Shown in pieces: positions 50,318 to 64,000 of a stretch of 64,000 nt of DNA. The DNA comes from Pristiophorus japonicus. Lineage: Eukaryota. The notes under the pieces are model-generated. The model was not told the origin of the DNA and made no database searches. It saw only the letters and a program-made list of their open reading frames with translations. The stretch is taken from the NCBI RefSeq assembly GCF_044704955.1, contig NC_091999.1:65472001-65536000 (forward strand). Direction: 5' to 3'. Position numbers and translations under genes: made by a program. The number at the start of each line of letters is the position of its first letter. Position 1 is the first letter of the stretch.

Positions 50318-52080
50318 TTTCATGAGGTAGAAAAGGCCAAAAGACAACTAACAAACAATAAGGCTACGGCAGCAGTTGGAATTCCTGATGAGAAACTGAA
50401 GTATGGCCGAGAGGCACTACTGGCGCAAATACACAAGCTTATCTCTCTCACCTGGTGGGAAAAGAACATACGAGGAGATCTTACAGATGCAGTAATCGGA
50501 ACCATCGTTAAAAACGGGGATATGTCCGACTGTGGCAACTACAAAGGAATCTCCCTGCGATCAACCACTGGGAAAGTCATCGCAAGACTCCTCCTCAATC
50601 CACTTCTCCCCGTGGACGAGGAGCTCCTCCCAGAGTCGCAGTGCAGATTTCGTCTCCTCCGGGGCACAACAGATATGATTTTACAGCACGACAGCTGCAC
50701 GAAAAATACATGGAACAGCGCCAGCCCTTATACATGGTCTTTTTCGACCTTGCGAAGGCCTTTGACACTGTCAAATGCGCGGGTTTATGGAGTGTCCTCC
50801 TCCATTTCGGATGGCCCCAAAAGTACATCACCATACTCCGGCTGCTCCACGATGACATGCAAGACATGATTCTCACCACTGGATCCATCACAGACCCAAT
50901 TCATGTCGGGACCGGGGTCAAGCAGGGCTGCGTCATCGCCCCAACTCCCTTCTCAATCCTCCTCGCTGCCATGCTCCACCTCACAGTTTATAAGCTCCCC
51001 GCTGGAGTGGAGCTACACAACAGAACCAGTGGGAAGCTGTTCAAACTACGCCGCCTCCAGGCAAGATCCAAGACCATTCCAACCTCTGTCGTCGAGCTAC
51101 AGTACGCGGACGACGCCTGCGTCTGTGCATACTCAGGGGCGGAACTGCAGGACATACTCGAAGTATTTACCGAGGCAGAGGAAAGCATAGGCCTTACACT
51201 AAACATTAGTGAGACAAAGCTCCTACACCAGCCTGTAATTGCCACACAGCACTGCCCCCCAAGAATCAAAATCCACGGCGTGGCCCTGGACAATTGGACA
51301 ATTTCCACAAACTAGGGAGCCTCCTATCAACAAGAGCAGAGATCCAAAACCGCCTCTAGCGCACAAGTGCAGACTTCGGCCACCTGAGGAAAAGGGTTTT
51401 TGAAGATCAGTCCCTCAAAACTGTCACCAAGCTCATGGTCCATAGGGCCATAGTAATACACGCCCTCCTGTATTGCTCAGAGACGTGGACCATACACAAA
51501 AGACACCGCAAGTTGCTGTCGAAATGACACCAGCGACGTCTCCGCAAGATCTTGCAAATCCCCTGGATGCGCAGACGCACACACATTAGCATCCTCGTCC
51601 AGGCTAACATCCCCAGCATTGAAGTACTGACCAAACTTGATCAGCTCCGCTGGGCAGGCCACAAAGTTCGCATGACAGGCACGAGACTCCCAAAGCAAGC
51701 ACTCTACTCAGAACTCATCCACAAGCCAAAGGCAGCCAGAGAAAATGTTACAAGGACACCCTCAAAGCTTCCCTGATAAAGTGCGACATCCCCACTGACA
51801 CCTGGGAGTCCTTGGCCGTAGACCACCCTAAGTGGAGGAATTGCATTCGGGAGGGCGCTGAGCACCTCGAGTATCATCACCGAGAGCATGCAGAAATCAA
51901 GTGCAGGCAGCGGAAGGAGCACGCAGCAAACCGGGCTCCCTGCCCACCCTTTCCCTCAACGAGTATCTGTCCCACCCGTGACAGAAAATGTGGTTCACGC
52001 ATTGTACTGTACAGCCACCTAAGAACTCATGCTACGAGTGGGAGAAAGTCTTCGTCGAAACCGAGGGACTGACTATGATG
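50318..52080 (+). mobile_element. RTE-clade (BovB-like) LINE, 5'-truncated and frameshifted
   Basis: DCGNYKGISL, LLPESQCRFR, FFDLAKAFDTV, GVKQGCVIAP, LQYADD, QLRWAGH, C-terminal CPTRDRKC...LYSHLRTH; 3' end gagggactgactatgatg. Confidence 0.93.
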
Positions 52081-52400
52081 TATCCTATCACTTATTAAAG
52101 TCCATTATATCCTGTCTGTGCTTATGTTACACTAGACCCTGTCACAGTTATTACTGCACCAGACCCCATCTCTGTTTATATTAGACCAGAGACTGTCTCT
52201 CTTTATATTATACTGGATCCTCTCGCTGTTATTACTACACTAGACTCTGTCGACCGTTTTTATTACATTAGGCATTTCATCTTTCAAATACCGCAATTGT
52301 CTCAATTATTACAGCACTAGACAACGTTATATCACATTGGACCCTCTATCTGCTTACACTAAAGTGGACCATGTCGCAGTTATTACTGGACTAGAACTAT
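52081..52400 (+). repeat. 27-bp satellite continuation
   Basis: Same unit resumes after the RTE element. Confidence 0.8.
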
Positions 52401-52442
52401 TTCCATTGGTTAGATGTATGTATGGATATATGGACGGACGGA

Positions 52443-52577
52443 NNNNNNNNNNNNNNNNNNNNNNNNNNNNNNNNNNNNNNNNNNNNNNNNNNNNNNNNNN
52501 NNNNNNNNNNNNNNNNNNNNNNNNNNNNNNNNNNNNNNNNNNNNNNNNNNNNNNNNNNNNNNNNNNNNNNNNNNNNN
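52443..52577. other. Assembly gap (135 N)
   Basis: Run of N flanked by ggat/ggac simple repeats. Confidence 1.
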
Positions 52578-53832
52578 GCCTGAGTGGATGAAATTATTTT
52601 TGTTTGCAAGCAACCCATTCGTTTAATTAATACATTTCAGCATCTGCAGGCAATCAATTTCTAAACGACCTGGTAGTATTTCTGTAAAATGTGTGTTGAA
52701 AGGATGGGCTGAATCTTGCAACAATATCCCAGAGATGGACTGGGATTGAAGGACAGGTCGAAACATGAAAATGCACACTGCACTTTGCACTACTTATTAC
52801 TAATTTACAGTTGTTTTACACCATGCCGATTGCTCGCAATTTTCTTAAGTTTAAGTTTTTTTTTCTGGCAATATTTTGCAGTTTGCATTTGTTGCGTTAG
52901 GCTTAGCCTGGATGAGCTGCCATTGGATCTGAGTATCGACCAACGACACGAATATCATTCGGATTAAGCAAAGTTACTGAAAATGCCTACACCTTGTATT
53001 TGTTATAATTATTTATAAGATGTGCGTGTGTTTGTGTGTGAGTGTGTTTACGACGCACGTTATTCTTAATGTTTCTTAGTGCGTTTCTCAGAGATAAATG
53101 ATTATCTTCACCAATTATTTCTCAACATTTTACTTCCTTTCATTCAAAATGTAATTGCATACCTTTTAATGCATTTAACATTTATTGATAATCCATTGTC
53201 TTGTGCTCTTGTATAGAAAGCGCTGTCACACTGACTATTCCGTCATCAAGTTGACCATATCTGTCTGCAGTATTCAGCGTGAAAGGGGATTAAATCACAC
53301 TCACGACACTGTGCATCCATCCACCACTCTCTGTGCTTTATTGCCCAGTGATCACACATCATCACACAGAAGCTCACGATATTTACATCCAGTGTGAATC
53401 ATTGTTGTAAGTGAAGGTAATGATAAAATTGTATCTATATGTGATGTGAAGTGTAATTCTCTGACTTATTATACCTCCGTTTGTGAAGGAATGAAAGCTT
53501 GGAACTCTCTGGAGAACTTTGCACTATTCTCTTTCCACAATCTCCTGATTCATGACGAATACCTACACTTTCCTCTCCAAACTCTTACAGTAATTTGGGA
53601 CACATATTTGCAGGGTCTTTCAATAACGTCATATTCAGTACTATTACCCATTAATCGTGGTGATGCACCTTTTACTTCAGCATTAAAAGGGTGAGTAAAA
53701 GTGTTTATCGCATTAACCTGTTTATCGAATTTCTTTCCATTAAAGCTATGTAATTGGACGCCCGGGAGGTATGTGTATATAAAATAGGTGGAAATCACTT
53801 TCTCCGCCCGGCATCTGACGTGCCCAATATTG

Positions 53833-53962
53833 AAGCAAAATATCGTGGATGCTGCAAGATGAAATAAAAACAGAAAATGCTAGAACAGCTCAGCAGGTCA
53901 GGCAGGATCTCCTGAGAAAGAAACGGAGTTAACGCTTAACGTCGCTGATCCTTCGTCCGAAC
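53833..53962 (-). mobile_element. Penelope-like terminal fragment
   Basis: aaataaaaacagaaaatgctagaacagctcagcaggtcaggcag...gagttaacg...cttcgtccgaac; homologous to 55597-55724. Confidence 0.5.
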
Positions 53963-54080
53963 GTTGGTGCTGTGCGCTAGTATATGTCCAAAAAATACTA
54001 GAAGACGGTGCAGAGGAAAGTTTGAAGCCTATAGTCAAGATACAGGAGATTGTGGAGCCAGTTCTGAAACTGGCCAAACA

Positions 54081-54520
54081 AACATTCCCAGGCCAGGTAC
54101 AGCACGGGATAGATAAAGAGTAACACTCCCTCCACAATGTCCCATCAAACATTTCCAGGCCATGTACAACACGGGATAGATTAAGAATAACGCTTCCTCT
54201 CCACTATCCCATCTAACACTACCAGGCCAGATAAAGCACGGAATACATAAGGAGTACGCTACTTCTATACTGTCCCATCAAACATTCCCAGGATAGGTAC
54301 AGCACGGGGTTAGATACGGTGTAAAGATCCTGATACACTGTTCCATCAAACACTCCTAGCACACATACAGCACGGGTTAGATACAGAGTAAATCTCTTCC
54401 CATAATTTCTCATCAATCACTGCCAAGGCAGATATAGAATAGTGCTCCCTCTTCACTGTCACATCAAACACTCCCAGGTAATTCAATTCTCAGTACGCAT
54501 TTAAGAGTAAAACTCTCTCT
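54081..54520. repeat. About 67-bp tandem repeat, about 6 copies
   Basis: aacattcccaggccaggtacagcacgggatagata.agagtaa...ctgtcccatcaa repeated. Confidence 0.85.
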
Positions 54521-55315
54521 TAGCACTCCCACCAATTTGGTTCGAGATCTAGAAATAGTGCAGAGGGAAAACTTTTGTTACGCATTGAATCTTTTTGTGA
54601 GATAAAGGTCATGATGCATTCTTTCGAGGCTTGACAGTAGTTGGGAATAGGAGGGAGAGGCAGAGAGGGAGTGGATACATGGAATCGACGCAAACACATT
54701 TCAGCCGTCACCACACATGGTGAACAGCACCTTTCTCCATTTTGACAATAGTACCATTTTCTCCAATAACTGAGAGAAATGTCCCCAAAATTAATTGTTG
54801 CTGAAAAACGTTGAGACATTTGCATTTATCTCTGTTTATTTCTATTCTGGGTTGTCGGGGAAACATTTATACTGTTTCTGTCGCTCGAAATTCTAATCTG
54901 GGACTTCTATTTCGGTGTTTATTTGCATAAACGTCTCATTGGTTTCCATGAATTGTTCATGATAGTAAAATCAATCAACAAAGTCACGAACTGATTAGTC
55001 TGAACCCACAACAAGGGTTTGTTTTAAGAATATTTAAAGCTGGTACAAACACATATAAATATCTCGATCAGTGACATCGGTTTCTGTTTTCTTCAAAGAG
55101 AACAGATGTGATTTATATCAAAGTGAAAATATTAAAATTAAATGTTCACTTTTGTAAATTCTGCTGCAAAAATCAGTGGAACTTCTCTCAACTGACTAGT
55201 ATTTCACTGGATTTAGCGCAAGACTCAAGCCATTTAAAATAAACAAGTTAAAACAACAACCAGAAGAGTGTCTATCGCAACTTGTATTTACAATTATTGG
55301 CATTTAGAACTAACT

Positions 55316-55900
55316 TCTATTTATAGAGCACCTTTCACGATCTCGGGATGTCCCAAAGCGCTTCACACCCAATGCAGTACGTTTGAAGTACTGTCTCTGT
55401 TATAATTTAGGATAAACGGCAGTCAAATCGTGACGATAAATATCCCACAAACAGCAATGTGATCATGAATTGATAATCTGCTTTTTTAGCAATGTTGGTT
55501 GATTGATAAAAAATTGTCATCGACACTGGCGTGATAGCCCCAGCCATTTTAAGTAGTGCCGTTCAGTCGAGTACATCCAACAGAGGGGGAAGTCAGCAAT
55601 AAAAACAGAAAATGCTGGACATCTCAGCAGTTCGGAAAGTATCTGTGAAGAGAAATAGAGTAAATGTTTTGGGTCGATGACCGTTCGTCAGAACTGCACC
55701 CGCAGAATTTCTATTTGTTATTTGGGATGACAGAGCCTCGATTTAACGTCTCATCCAAAATAGTTCATCAGCGACAGTACAGCACTCCCTCAGGACTGGC
55801 ATCGGCAGTGTTAGCCTAGATTATGTGTTCAAGACTCTGGAGTGGACATTGTATCGACAGTTTTCTCACTCAGAGACGAGAGCGATCGCATCGTGCCGAG
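55316..55900 (-). mobile_element. SINE with L2-type tail (DeuSINE/SacSINE1-like), with a Penelope-like piece inserted at about 55597-55724
   Basis: ttctatttatagagcacctttcacgatctcgggatgtcccaaagcgcttcac (L2-like tail); tttaacgtctcatccaaa...cagcactccctcag...ctagattatgtgttcaag core. Confidence 0.6.
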
Positions 55901-56311
55901 CTTTAACATATCACAGCTTGATTTTTCAAATGTTTCCATTTAGCTCAGCATGTCTAAATTTCAGTGCCTGCGCTGAATCTTATACGGTTGGTTTAAATCC
56001 CTGGGCTAATGAGCTTGTCTTCCCTGGGATAATATTCCCGCACTGTTGTAACAGCTGATTTCCATATAGATGTTTCAGCGACTCCACATCTGGAAGTGCC
56101 CGAGGCAAGAGGACTCATGGAACTTGTGTTTTACACTCCGTGAGGTGTATCAGCAGAGCAGCTGGAAGCGGGGGTTGTTATCATGAGACCGGAGAATGGA
56201 ATCGAGGTGTTCAAACTTATGACGGGTTTTAATCGAGTAACTAGTGAGAAAGTGTTTCAACTAGCAGGAGTTAGGTTTACCACCGGACAGCGTTGTGCAA
56301 TGTATTAGTGC

Positions 56312-59300
56312 ACCAGTCCCTGTTTCTCGTTCTATTACACTCGACCCTGTCTCTATTTATATTAAACTTGAACATATATCTGTTTATATTACTCTAGGCC
56401 CTGTCTCTGTTTATATTACACAATACCATGTCTCTGTTTATATTACATAAGACACTGTCCCTGCTTATATTGCAGACCCTGTTTCTGTTTAAAGCACACT
56501 CGTCACTGTTTTCATTATTACTGCACGAGACAATTTTTCTTTCTGTATTAACCATGACCCTGTCTGAAATATTACTACCCTGGAATATTTCTCTGTTTAT
56601 ATTTCCTTCGGCTCTGTCTCAATTATTACTGCAATGGACCGTATCTCTATTTGTATTAGGCGTTCGTCCTCAGCTAGAGCAATATGTACTGTTCTGGGCA
56701 CCATATTTCAAAAACCATGCAAAGGAATTAGAAGAAGTGAAGTCGAGGTTTAACAGGTTGTTGCCAGTGATGAGGGACTTCAGTTATAAGATGAAATTAG
56801 TAAGACTAAAAGTGTCCGTCTTGGAACAGTGTAATTGAATAAGAGACCTAACAAAGTTCTTCAAGATGATCAGAGGACTTGTTAGAGCAGATATAGAATA
56901 GTGGTTCCCTCTAGTCAGTGGTTCCATCACCCTAAATCATAGATTTATAAGCACTGGCAAAAGATGTAGAAGGTTGCCTTAGTGATTACAGCACTAGACC
57001 CCGTGTTATAATAAATTAGACCCTGCTTGTATATGTTACACTGGACCCTGCCTCATTCATTAATGTACGACAGCACGAATTAGTCTGTATTAAACTAGAC
57101 CTGTCTGAAATATTATTGCCACAGACATGTTTATATTACCATTGGCCCTCTCACAGTTAGTATTGTATTAGACCTTGTATCCATTTATATTAAACTATTT
57201 GCTTTCTATTTATATTATATTCAACCCTGTCTCTGTTTATATTACACTAGACCCTGTCTCTGTTTATATTACACTGGACGCTGTCTCTGTTTATATTACA
57301 CTAGATCCTGTCTCTGCTAATATTGCACTAGACCATGTCTCTGTTTACCTTACATTAGACCCTGCCTCAGTTATTACTGCACTCACTCTGTTTTTATTAC
57401 ACTAGACCATGAGGCTGTCTGGATCACACTATGACATTTCTCAATTATTTCTGCCATTGACCATATCCCTATTTATATTATACTAAACCCTATCTCAGTT
57501 AATATTGTTAATGTTACAGTCGACCCTGTCTCTAATTATAATACATTAGACCCTATCTCTGTTTATATTATACTAGACAATGTCTCGGTTTATATTATAC
57601 TACACTCTATCTTCGATATCACTACTCGAAACCATGTATCGGTCTGAATGACAATAGGCCTTCTCAATTATTACTGTAAAAGAATCTCTTTCATTTATTA
57701 CTGGACTATAACCTGTCTCATTTATTTCTGCACTAGCCCATGTCTTTGTTCATATAGCACTAGGCCTGTTTGAATTTCTACAACAGTAGACCATGTCTAT
57801 GTTTATATTACACTAGACAGCGTCTCTATTTATATTACACGAGATACTCTATCTGTTCCTATTACACTAGACATTGTCCCTGTTTCTATAAACTAGATCC
57901 TAACTCAGTTATTAACGTCTTGCGTCATATCTCTATTTATATTATACTAGAACTTGTCTATATTTATATTGAACTAGACCCTGTCACTTTTATAATGCAC
58001 TGGACCCTATATCTACTTATATTACACTAGGCCCTGTGTCTGTTTATATAACACAAGACGTTGTCTATGTTTAGATTATACTAGATCCTGTCTCTGTTTT
58101 CATTACACAAGACCCTGCCACTGCGTATATTGCACTGGACCCGATCTCTGCCTAAAATACACTAGACACTGTCTCACAAAGTACCTCATTGAACCATACA
58201 TCTACTTAGATTAGGCCTTAAGCCTCAGATGGAATATTATGGACAATTCTATGCACCACATTTCCATAAAATATAAGAGCTTTTGAAAGGGTTCAGATGA
58301 GGTTTAACAGATTGTTAACTGGGATGAGGGACTTCAGTTAAGAGAAGAGGTTACGAAAGTTAGGACTGTTCTTCTTCGAACAATGAAGTTTAAGAAGTGA
58401 ACTAAAAGAAGTCTTCAAGATGAAGAGAGGGTGGTTTAACAGAGCAGCTACGGAAGAGCAGTTCCTTCTGGCGAGTGCGTGAATAAGCAGTGGTCATAGA
58501 TTAAAATGATTTGGCAAAATATCTAGTGCACTGTTTTAGTGAATGCAGCACGAGATCAACTGCTTTATTGAATTATACCCTGTCTCTGTTTATCTTAAAT
58601 TAGAAGCTGTCTAACGCATTAATGCACTAGACAATGCATCAGATTTTAATAAATTACGGCCTGTCTTAAATATTACTGGTTTACACATGTTTATATTACC
58701 TCAGGCTCTGTCTGAATTCAGCTGACGATGTCACAGTTTATATTACACTTGACTATATTTTTTCTTTATATTGTAAAATACCATATCTCGATTATTACTG
58801 GGTAGACAATGTATCTGTTTATATTACATGAGACCATGTCTTTGTCTATATAGCACTATACACTTTCTCAGCTTTTAAACTGTCTTTGTTTATATTACAC
58901 TAGACCCTGTCTCTGTTTATATTACACTAGACACAGTCTCTGTTTAAATGACTCGAGACCCTTACTCAGTTATTACTGCATTGCACCATATCTCTGTTGA
59001 TATTAGGCCTTAGGTATCAGCTTGATTATTTTGGACAATTCTGGGCACCACGTTTCTATAACGAATTACAGCCAATGGAAAGTGTGCAAACGAGGTTTAG
59101 TACGTTGTTAACAGGGATGATGGAATTCAGTTAGAGGTTGGAAAAGTTAGAACTGATCTCCCTGGAATAAAAATTTTAAGAAGCGACCTAATAGAGCTCT
59201 TCAACATGATGAGATGTTTTAATATTGTAGAGCCGATTTGAGAGGAAATGTCTTTATCCAGAGGAATGCTGAAGTCTGGAACTCACAGCCTGAAAGACAG

Positions 59301-61270
59301 GTAAATGCATGAATCCTCACATCATTTTAAGGATACGTGGAAGTACAATTAAAGTGTTGTAACCTACAAGGCTATGAAGCAAGAGTTGGAAAATGCGATT
59401 AGGCTGGATAGTTCATTGGTCGGCCGGCGCTGATACGATGGGCCGAAATGGCTTGCTACCGTGCTGTAAATTTCTATGATTCAATTATATAGAATAGCGG
59501 TTCCCACTAAGCAGAGGTCATGGACTTAAAAGCATTGCCATAAGATCTAGAGGGAAAAGTGGAGAATTTTTTTTCATGCAAAGGGACAGCACAGGCGCAA
59601 TGTACCCAATGGCTTCCTTTGAGATCTAAGGTTCTTTGATTCTCTGGAATCGCAGCAGATGGTCTCTCAGTTATTACTCCATGAGACCCTGTCTCTGTTT
59701 ATATTACACTTGACCACGACTCAGTTATTACTGCACTATACCCTGTCTCTGTTTATATTACACTAGATCAGGTCTCTTTTTTTATAACTCTCGACCTTGT
59801 CTCTGTTAATATGGCACTAGACACTATACAGGTTTATATTACACTAGATCTTTTCTCTGATAATATGGCACTGGACCATATCTCTGTTCATATTACTCTA
59901 GACCCCGTCTCTGCTTATACGACACTATACCGTATCTCTTTTTATATTACACTTAACACTGTCTCTATTTACATTACACTAGACTCTCTCTCAGTTATTA
60001 CTGTAGTGCACATTATCTCTCTTTATATTAGGCCTTCGGCCTCAGCTGGAATATTATGCACAATTCTGTGCACCACATTTCCATAACGATGTAAAGTATT
60101 AGCAAGAGTAAGATGAGGTTTAACAAGTTGTTAGCAGGAATGAGGGACCTGAGTTATGAGAAGAGTTTAGGAAATTCATCACTGTTCTCCTTGCAACAGT
60201 GAAGTTTCAGAAGCGACTTAAAAGAGGTATTCAAGGTGAGGAGAGGTAGTAATAGAATAGCTATAGAGGAGCAGTTCCCGCTGGCGAGTGGGTGAATAAG
60301 CAGAGGGCACAGATTTAAACGCATTGGCAAAAGATCTAGAGGGGAGAAGAATATGTTGGTTGTTTCACGCAGAGTGTTGTAGGAATCTGGAACGCTCCAC
60401 GAGAAGTGGTGATGAAAGATGATTCCATAAATAATTTTAAAAGTGAATTGGGGATGAGGAAATAATAGCGTTAGGGACAAAATGCGGCACCATAGAACTA
60501 TGCATACCTGGTCTTTCAAAGTGACGGTACAGGCGCGATGGACCGAATGGCTTCATTAAGATGTAAGCATCCATGATTCTATGATATCACAGCAGATCGG
60601 CTCTCAGTTATTACTGTAATAGACCGTGTTTAGTTATTACCACGCTAGCCTCTGTATCAGTTATTACTGCATTTGAGCTTGTGTCTGTTGATATTACACT
60701 AGACACTGTCACTATTTATATTGGACTAGGTCTGTCCATTTTTATATTATATAAACCATGTCTCTGTTTCGATTACGCTAGATCAAGTCTCTATTTATAA
60801 TACACTAGAAACTGTCTCTGTTTATATTATACTAGGCTATGTCTCGGTTCATAATACAAAAAACGCTGCCTCAGTTATTACTGCACTAGACCAAGTCTCT
60901 GTTTATATTATACGAGATCCGGTATCTAATTATATTAAACAAGGCCGTGACTCCTTTTATATTGCCTTAGATGCTGTCTCAATTATTAATGCATAATTCT
61001 TTTTCTCTGTTCAAATTGCACAAGGCTTTATTTATTTTTATATTACTCTAAACCATGTATTTGTTTATATTGCACCAGGAATTGTCTCGGTTATTGCTAC
61101 ATTAAGCCACGTCTTTTTTATATTACACTCGATCCGGTCACTAGAATTATTTCACCAGAATATGTCTATTTTTATATTACACCAAATCTGGTTTCTATTT
61201 GTATTGCGCTAGACCCTATTCCTGCTAAAGTTACACTAGTTACCCTGTCTCAGTTATTAATGCACTATAC
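56312..61270 (+). repeat. 27-bp satellite array with four embedded paralogous CR1 3' fragments
   Basis: Satellite units throughout; CR1 pieces start at about 56657, 58211, 59003 and 60027. Confidence 0.9.
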
Positions 61271-61274
61271 CCAA

Positions 61275-62705
61275 TGGATTGGAAAACAGCAGATGTAACG
61301 GCCATGTTTAAAACAAGGTGGTAGACAAAAAGCAGGAAACTACAGACCAGTTAGTCTAACATCTGTCCATTATTAAGGAATCAATAGTAGAATATTTGTA
61401 AACGCATAGTTCAATTAATCAGAGTCAACATGATTTTATGAAATTGAAATCATATTTGATAAATGTGCCAGAATTCTTTGTGGATGTAACTTGTAGGGTG
61501 GATAAAGGGCAACCAGCGGATGTGGTATATTTGGATTTCCAGCACACGTTCGATACGTTGCCACGTAAAATGTTACTGCACAAATTAAATGTTCATGTAG
61601 TTGGTGGTAATATATTAGCATGGATAGATGATTGGATAACTAACAGAAAAATGTGTCGGGATAAATGTGTAATTTTCCGTTTGGCAAACATTAACTAGCG
61701 GGATTCCGCAGGGAGTGACGCTGAGGCCTAAACTATTTACAAAATACATCAATGAATTGGATGTAGGTACCGAGTGTAATACAGCCAAGTTTACAGATGA
61801 AACTAAGATCGGTGGGAAAGCAAATATTGAGGAAGACACAACAATCTGCAAAGAAATATAGACAGGCTAAGTGAGTGGGAAAAATGTTGGCAGATGGAGT
61901 ATAAAGTGGAAAAATGTGAGGTTATCCATTTTAGCAAAAAAATAGAACAGCAAACTATTTTTTAAATGGAGAAAAATTGCAATGTGCTGAAGTACATGGG
62001 GCGTGCGTGTCTTTGTGCATGAGACATAAAAACGTTAGCATGCAGGTACGGCAAGTAATCATGAAGGCAAATTGAATTTTGGCCTTTATTGAAAGGGGGA
62101 CGAAGTATAAAAGCACTGAAGTCCTGCTATAACTGAACAAGGTATTGGTGAGGCCACATCTGGAGTACTGCGTACAGTGTTGGCCACTTTATTTAAGAAA
62201 GGATATACTTGCATTGGAGGCAGTTCAAAGTAGATTCACTTGGTTGATTCCAGAGATCAGGTGTTTGACTTATGAAGATAGGTGGCATAGGCTGGGCCTG
62301 TGCACGTTGCAGCTCAGAAGAATGTGAGGTGAGCTTATCGAAATATATAAGATAATGAGACTCTACACAAGGTGAATGCAGTGAGGATATTTCCACTCAT
62401 AGGCAAAACAAGAACGAGGAGCAGAGTCTCAAGACATCTGTGTTGAGGAGGAATAGCTTCTAGCAGCGAATTGGAATCTGTGGAATTCTCTGCCCCAGAG
62501 AAATGTGGAGGCTGGATCATTGAATAAAGTTAATGGCGCAGAATTACAGATTTTTAAGGGATAAGGGAATAATGGGGTATGGAGAGTGAGCAGGGAATTG
62601 GAGCTGAGTCTAGGATCAGATCAGCCATAGTCTTATTGAATGGTGGAGAAGGCTCGAGGGGACAAATGGCCTACTACTTCTCCCATTTATTTTTTTTTAT
62701 GTTCA
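61275..62705 (+). mobile_element. CR1 RT domain plus 3' end
   Basis: NYRPVSLTS, DVVYLDFQHTFD, KFTDETK, VRPHLEYCVQCWP; CR1-type tail. Confidence 0.88.
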
Positions 62706-63324
62706 TTCTGTTATTCTATTTCTCAGCGTTTATCACTCACCACCTCATGTCTCCTGTTTTTATGTCTAATTCTGTCTTTATTTGTCTTTTTATCATTCTT
62801 TATGGGCACCATAAATAAAAGCTTAGAGTTCAAAATTGAACACACGAATACAGCTGGGGCCTACCTATCATTTATGAAGCTTTAGCCATAATGTCCTGGC
62901 TCCAGCATGAAAATAGTGGGCAAAAGATATTAGTATGTTCTCCCATTAGAGCTTATGTCGCTTCTGAGAAAGTAATGAAGCGTCTATTGTGCCACATGAA
63001 CCTCCCTTTGTTGTGGTTACAATTAAAACCCAGGGAATACTTTCCAGCCCTACATCCACGAAAACTTCTTTCCCTGCATCTATCTCATGTAATCTGGAAA
63101 AGCTGCCTGGAGCATTTTTACTTCTCACGGCAACTTTCAGCTTTCAGTCCAGTCCCGCTCCTTTATTTTTACACGAGACCTCGCATCTGTTTTTATCACT
63201 TGCCCGTGTTATTCTCAAACCAAATTCCATTTGCGCTCCACTACACACCCTCCTGGTAATGTTACACCAACTGGGCATCTATTATGTAGAGACAAAGGAT
63301 CATGAGGAGTATGTTATAGTCATG

Positions 63325-64000
63325 AATCATAGAAATTTACAGCTTAGTAGGAGGCTATTTCGTTCCATCATATCTGCGTCGGCAGACCAACAGCTATCCA
63401 GCCTAATCCCAGTTTCCATCTCTTGGTCCGTAGCCTTGTAGGTTTCGACATTTTAAGTGCACATCCAACTATTTTTTCAATGTGGTGAAGGCTTCTGCCA
63501 TCCTTTCAGACTGTGATTTACACGCACCCACCACCACCTGGGTGAGTCCATTTCTGCTTAACTCCACTCCAAACTTCCCCCCAATTACTTCAAATCTATG
63601 CCCCCTGGTTGTTACCCATTTGCCAAGCGAAACAGGTCCATCCACGCTGCTGTTTTTTCACCCCTCTAAATGTTATGTACCTCAATCATGTCTTCCCTCA
63701 GCCTCCACTGTTCCAAAGCAAACAGATCCAGCATCTCAAATCTTTCCTCAAAGCCAAAATTCTCAAGTCCATGCAACATTCTTGCAAATCTCCTCAGCAC
63801 CCTTTCCAGTGCAATCACATTTATCCTGTAATGTGCTGCCCAGAAATGCACAGAATACTACAGATGTGTCCGAACAAGTGTTTTATACATTTCAAGAATA
63901 ACTTCCTTGCTCTTGTATTCCATGACTCGACGAATAAAGGCAAGTATTCCTATGCCTCCTAACCACCTTATCTACCTGGCCTGCTATATTCAGGGCTTGT
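63325..64000 (-). mobile_element. CR1 3' end (runs off the window)
   Basis: ALERVLRRFARMLHGL...LFALEQWRLREDMIEV; tail catagaaatttacagc. Confidence 0.85.

Noticed and set aside
50318-52080. Active RTE element or evidence of horizontal transfer
   Set aside because: 5'-truncated with frameshifts and stops; transfer cannot be assessed without cross-species comparison.
48378-61270. 27-bp arrays as CRISPR or as coding DPVSVYITL repeats
   Set aside because: Head-to-tail units without unique spacers, eukaryotic context, no cas genes, frequent stops; the ORFs arise from the triplet-multiple period.
62891-63441. 122-150 aa ORFs near the window end
   Set aside because: No recognisable domain; partly overlaps an antisense CR1 tail.

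Overview
Repeat-rich vertebrate genomic DNA, almost certainly from a cartilaginous fish (shark-type IgM cluster, shark-type GPR139-like GPCR, CR1/L2/RTE LINEs). The centrepiece is a minus-strand IgM heavy-chain cluster whose V, D and J segments are already fused in frame in the genomic DNA (germline-joined VDJ). It has an intact leader and VDJ exon, followed by CH1, CH2 and CH3 exons that are each disabled by frameshifts, a stop or mutated splice sites; no CH4, secretory tail or TM exons could be found. The window also holds a two-exon GPR139/142-like GPCR pseudogene with an internal triplication, a decayed tRNA Asp-Ser-Leu cluster, the 3' end of an env-bearing LTR retroelement, a solo LTR, and several tandem repeats (27, 38, 54 and about 67 bp). 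Further items are a higher-order satellite/CR1 duplication, Penelope-type hammerhead relics, an unassigned decayed multi-TM coding remnant and two assembly gaps. No intact protein-coding gene is evident. All family calls come from motif recognition by eye, without database searches, and repeat boundaries are approximate.
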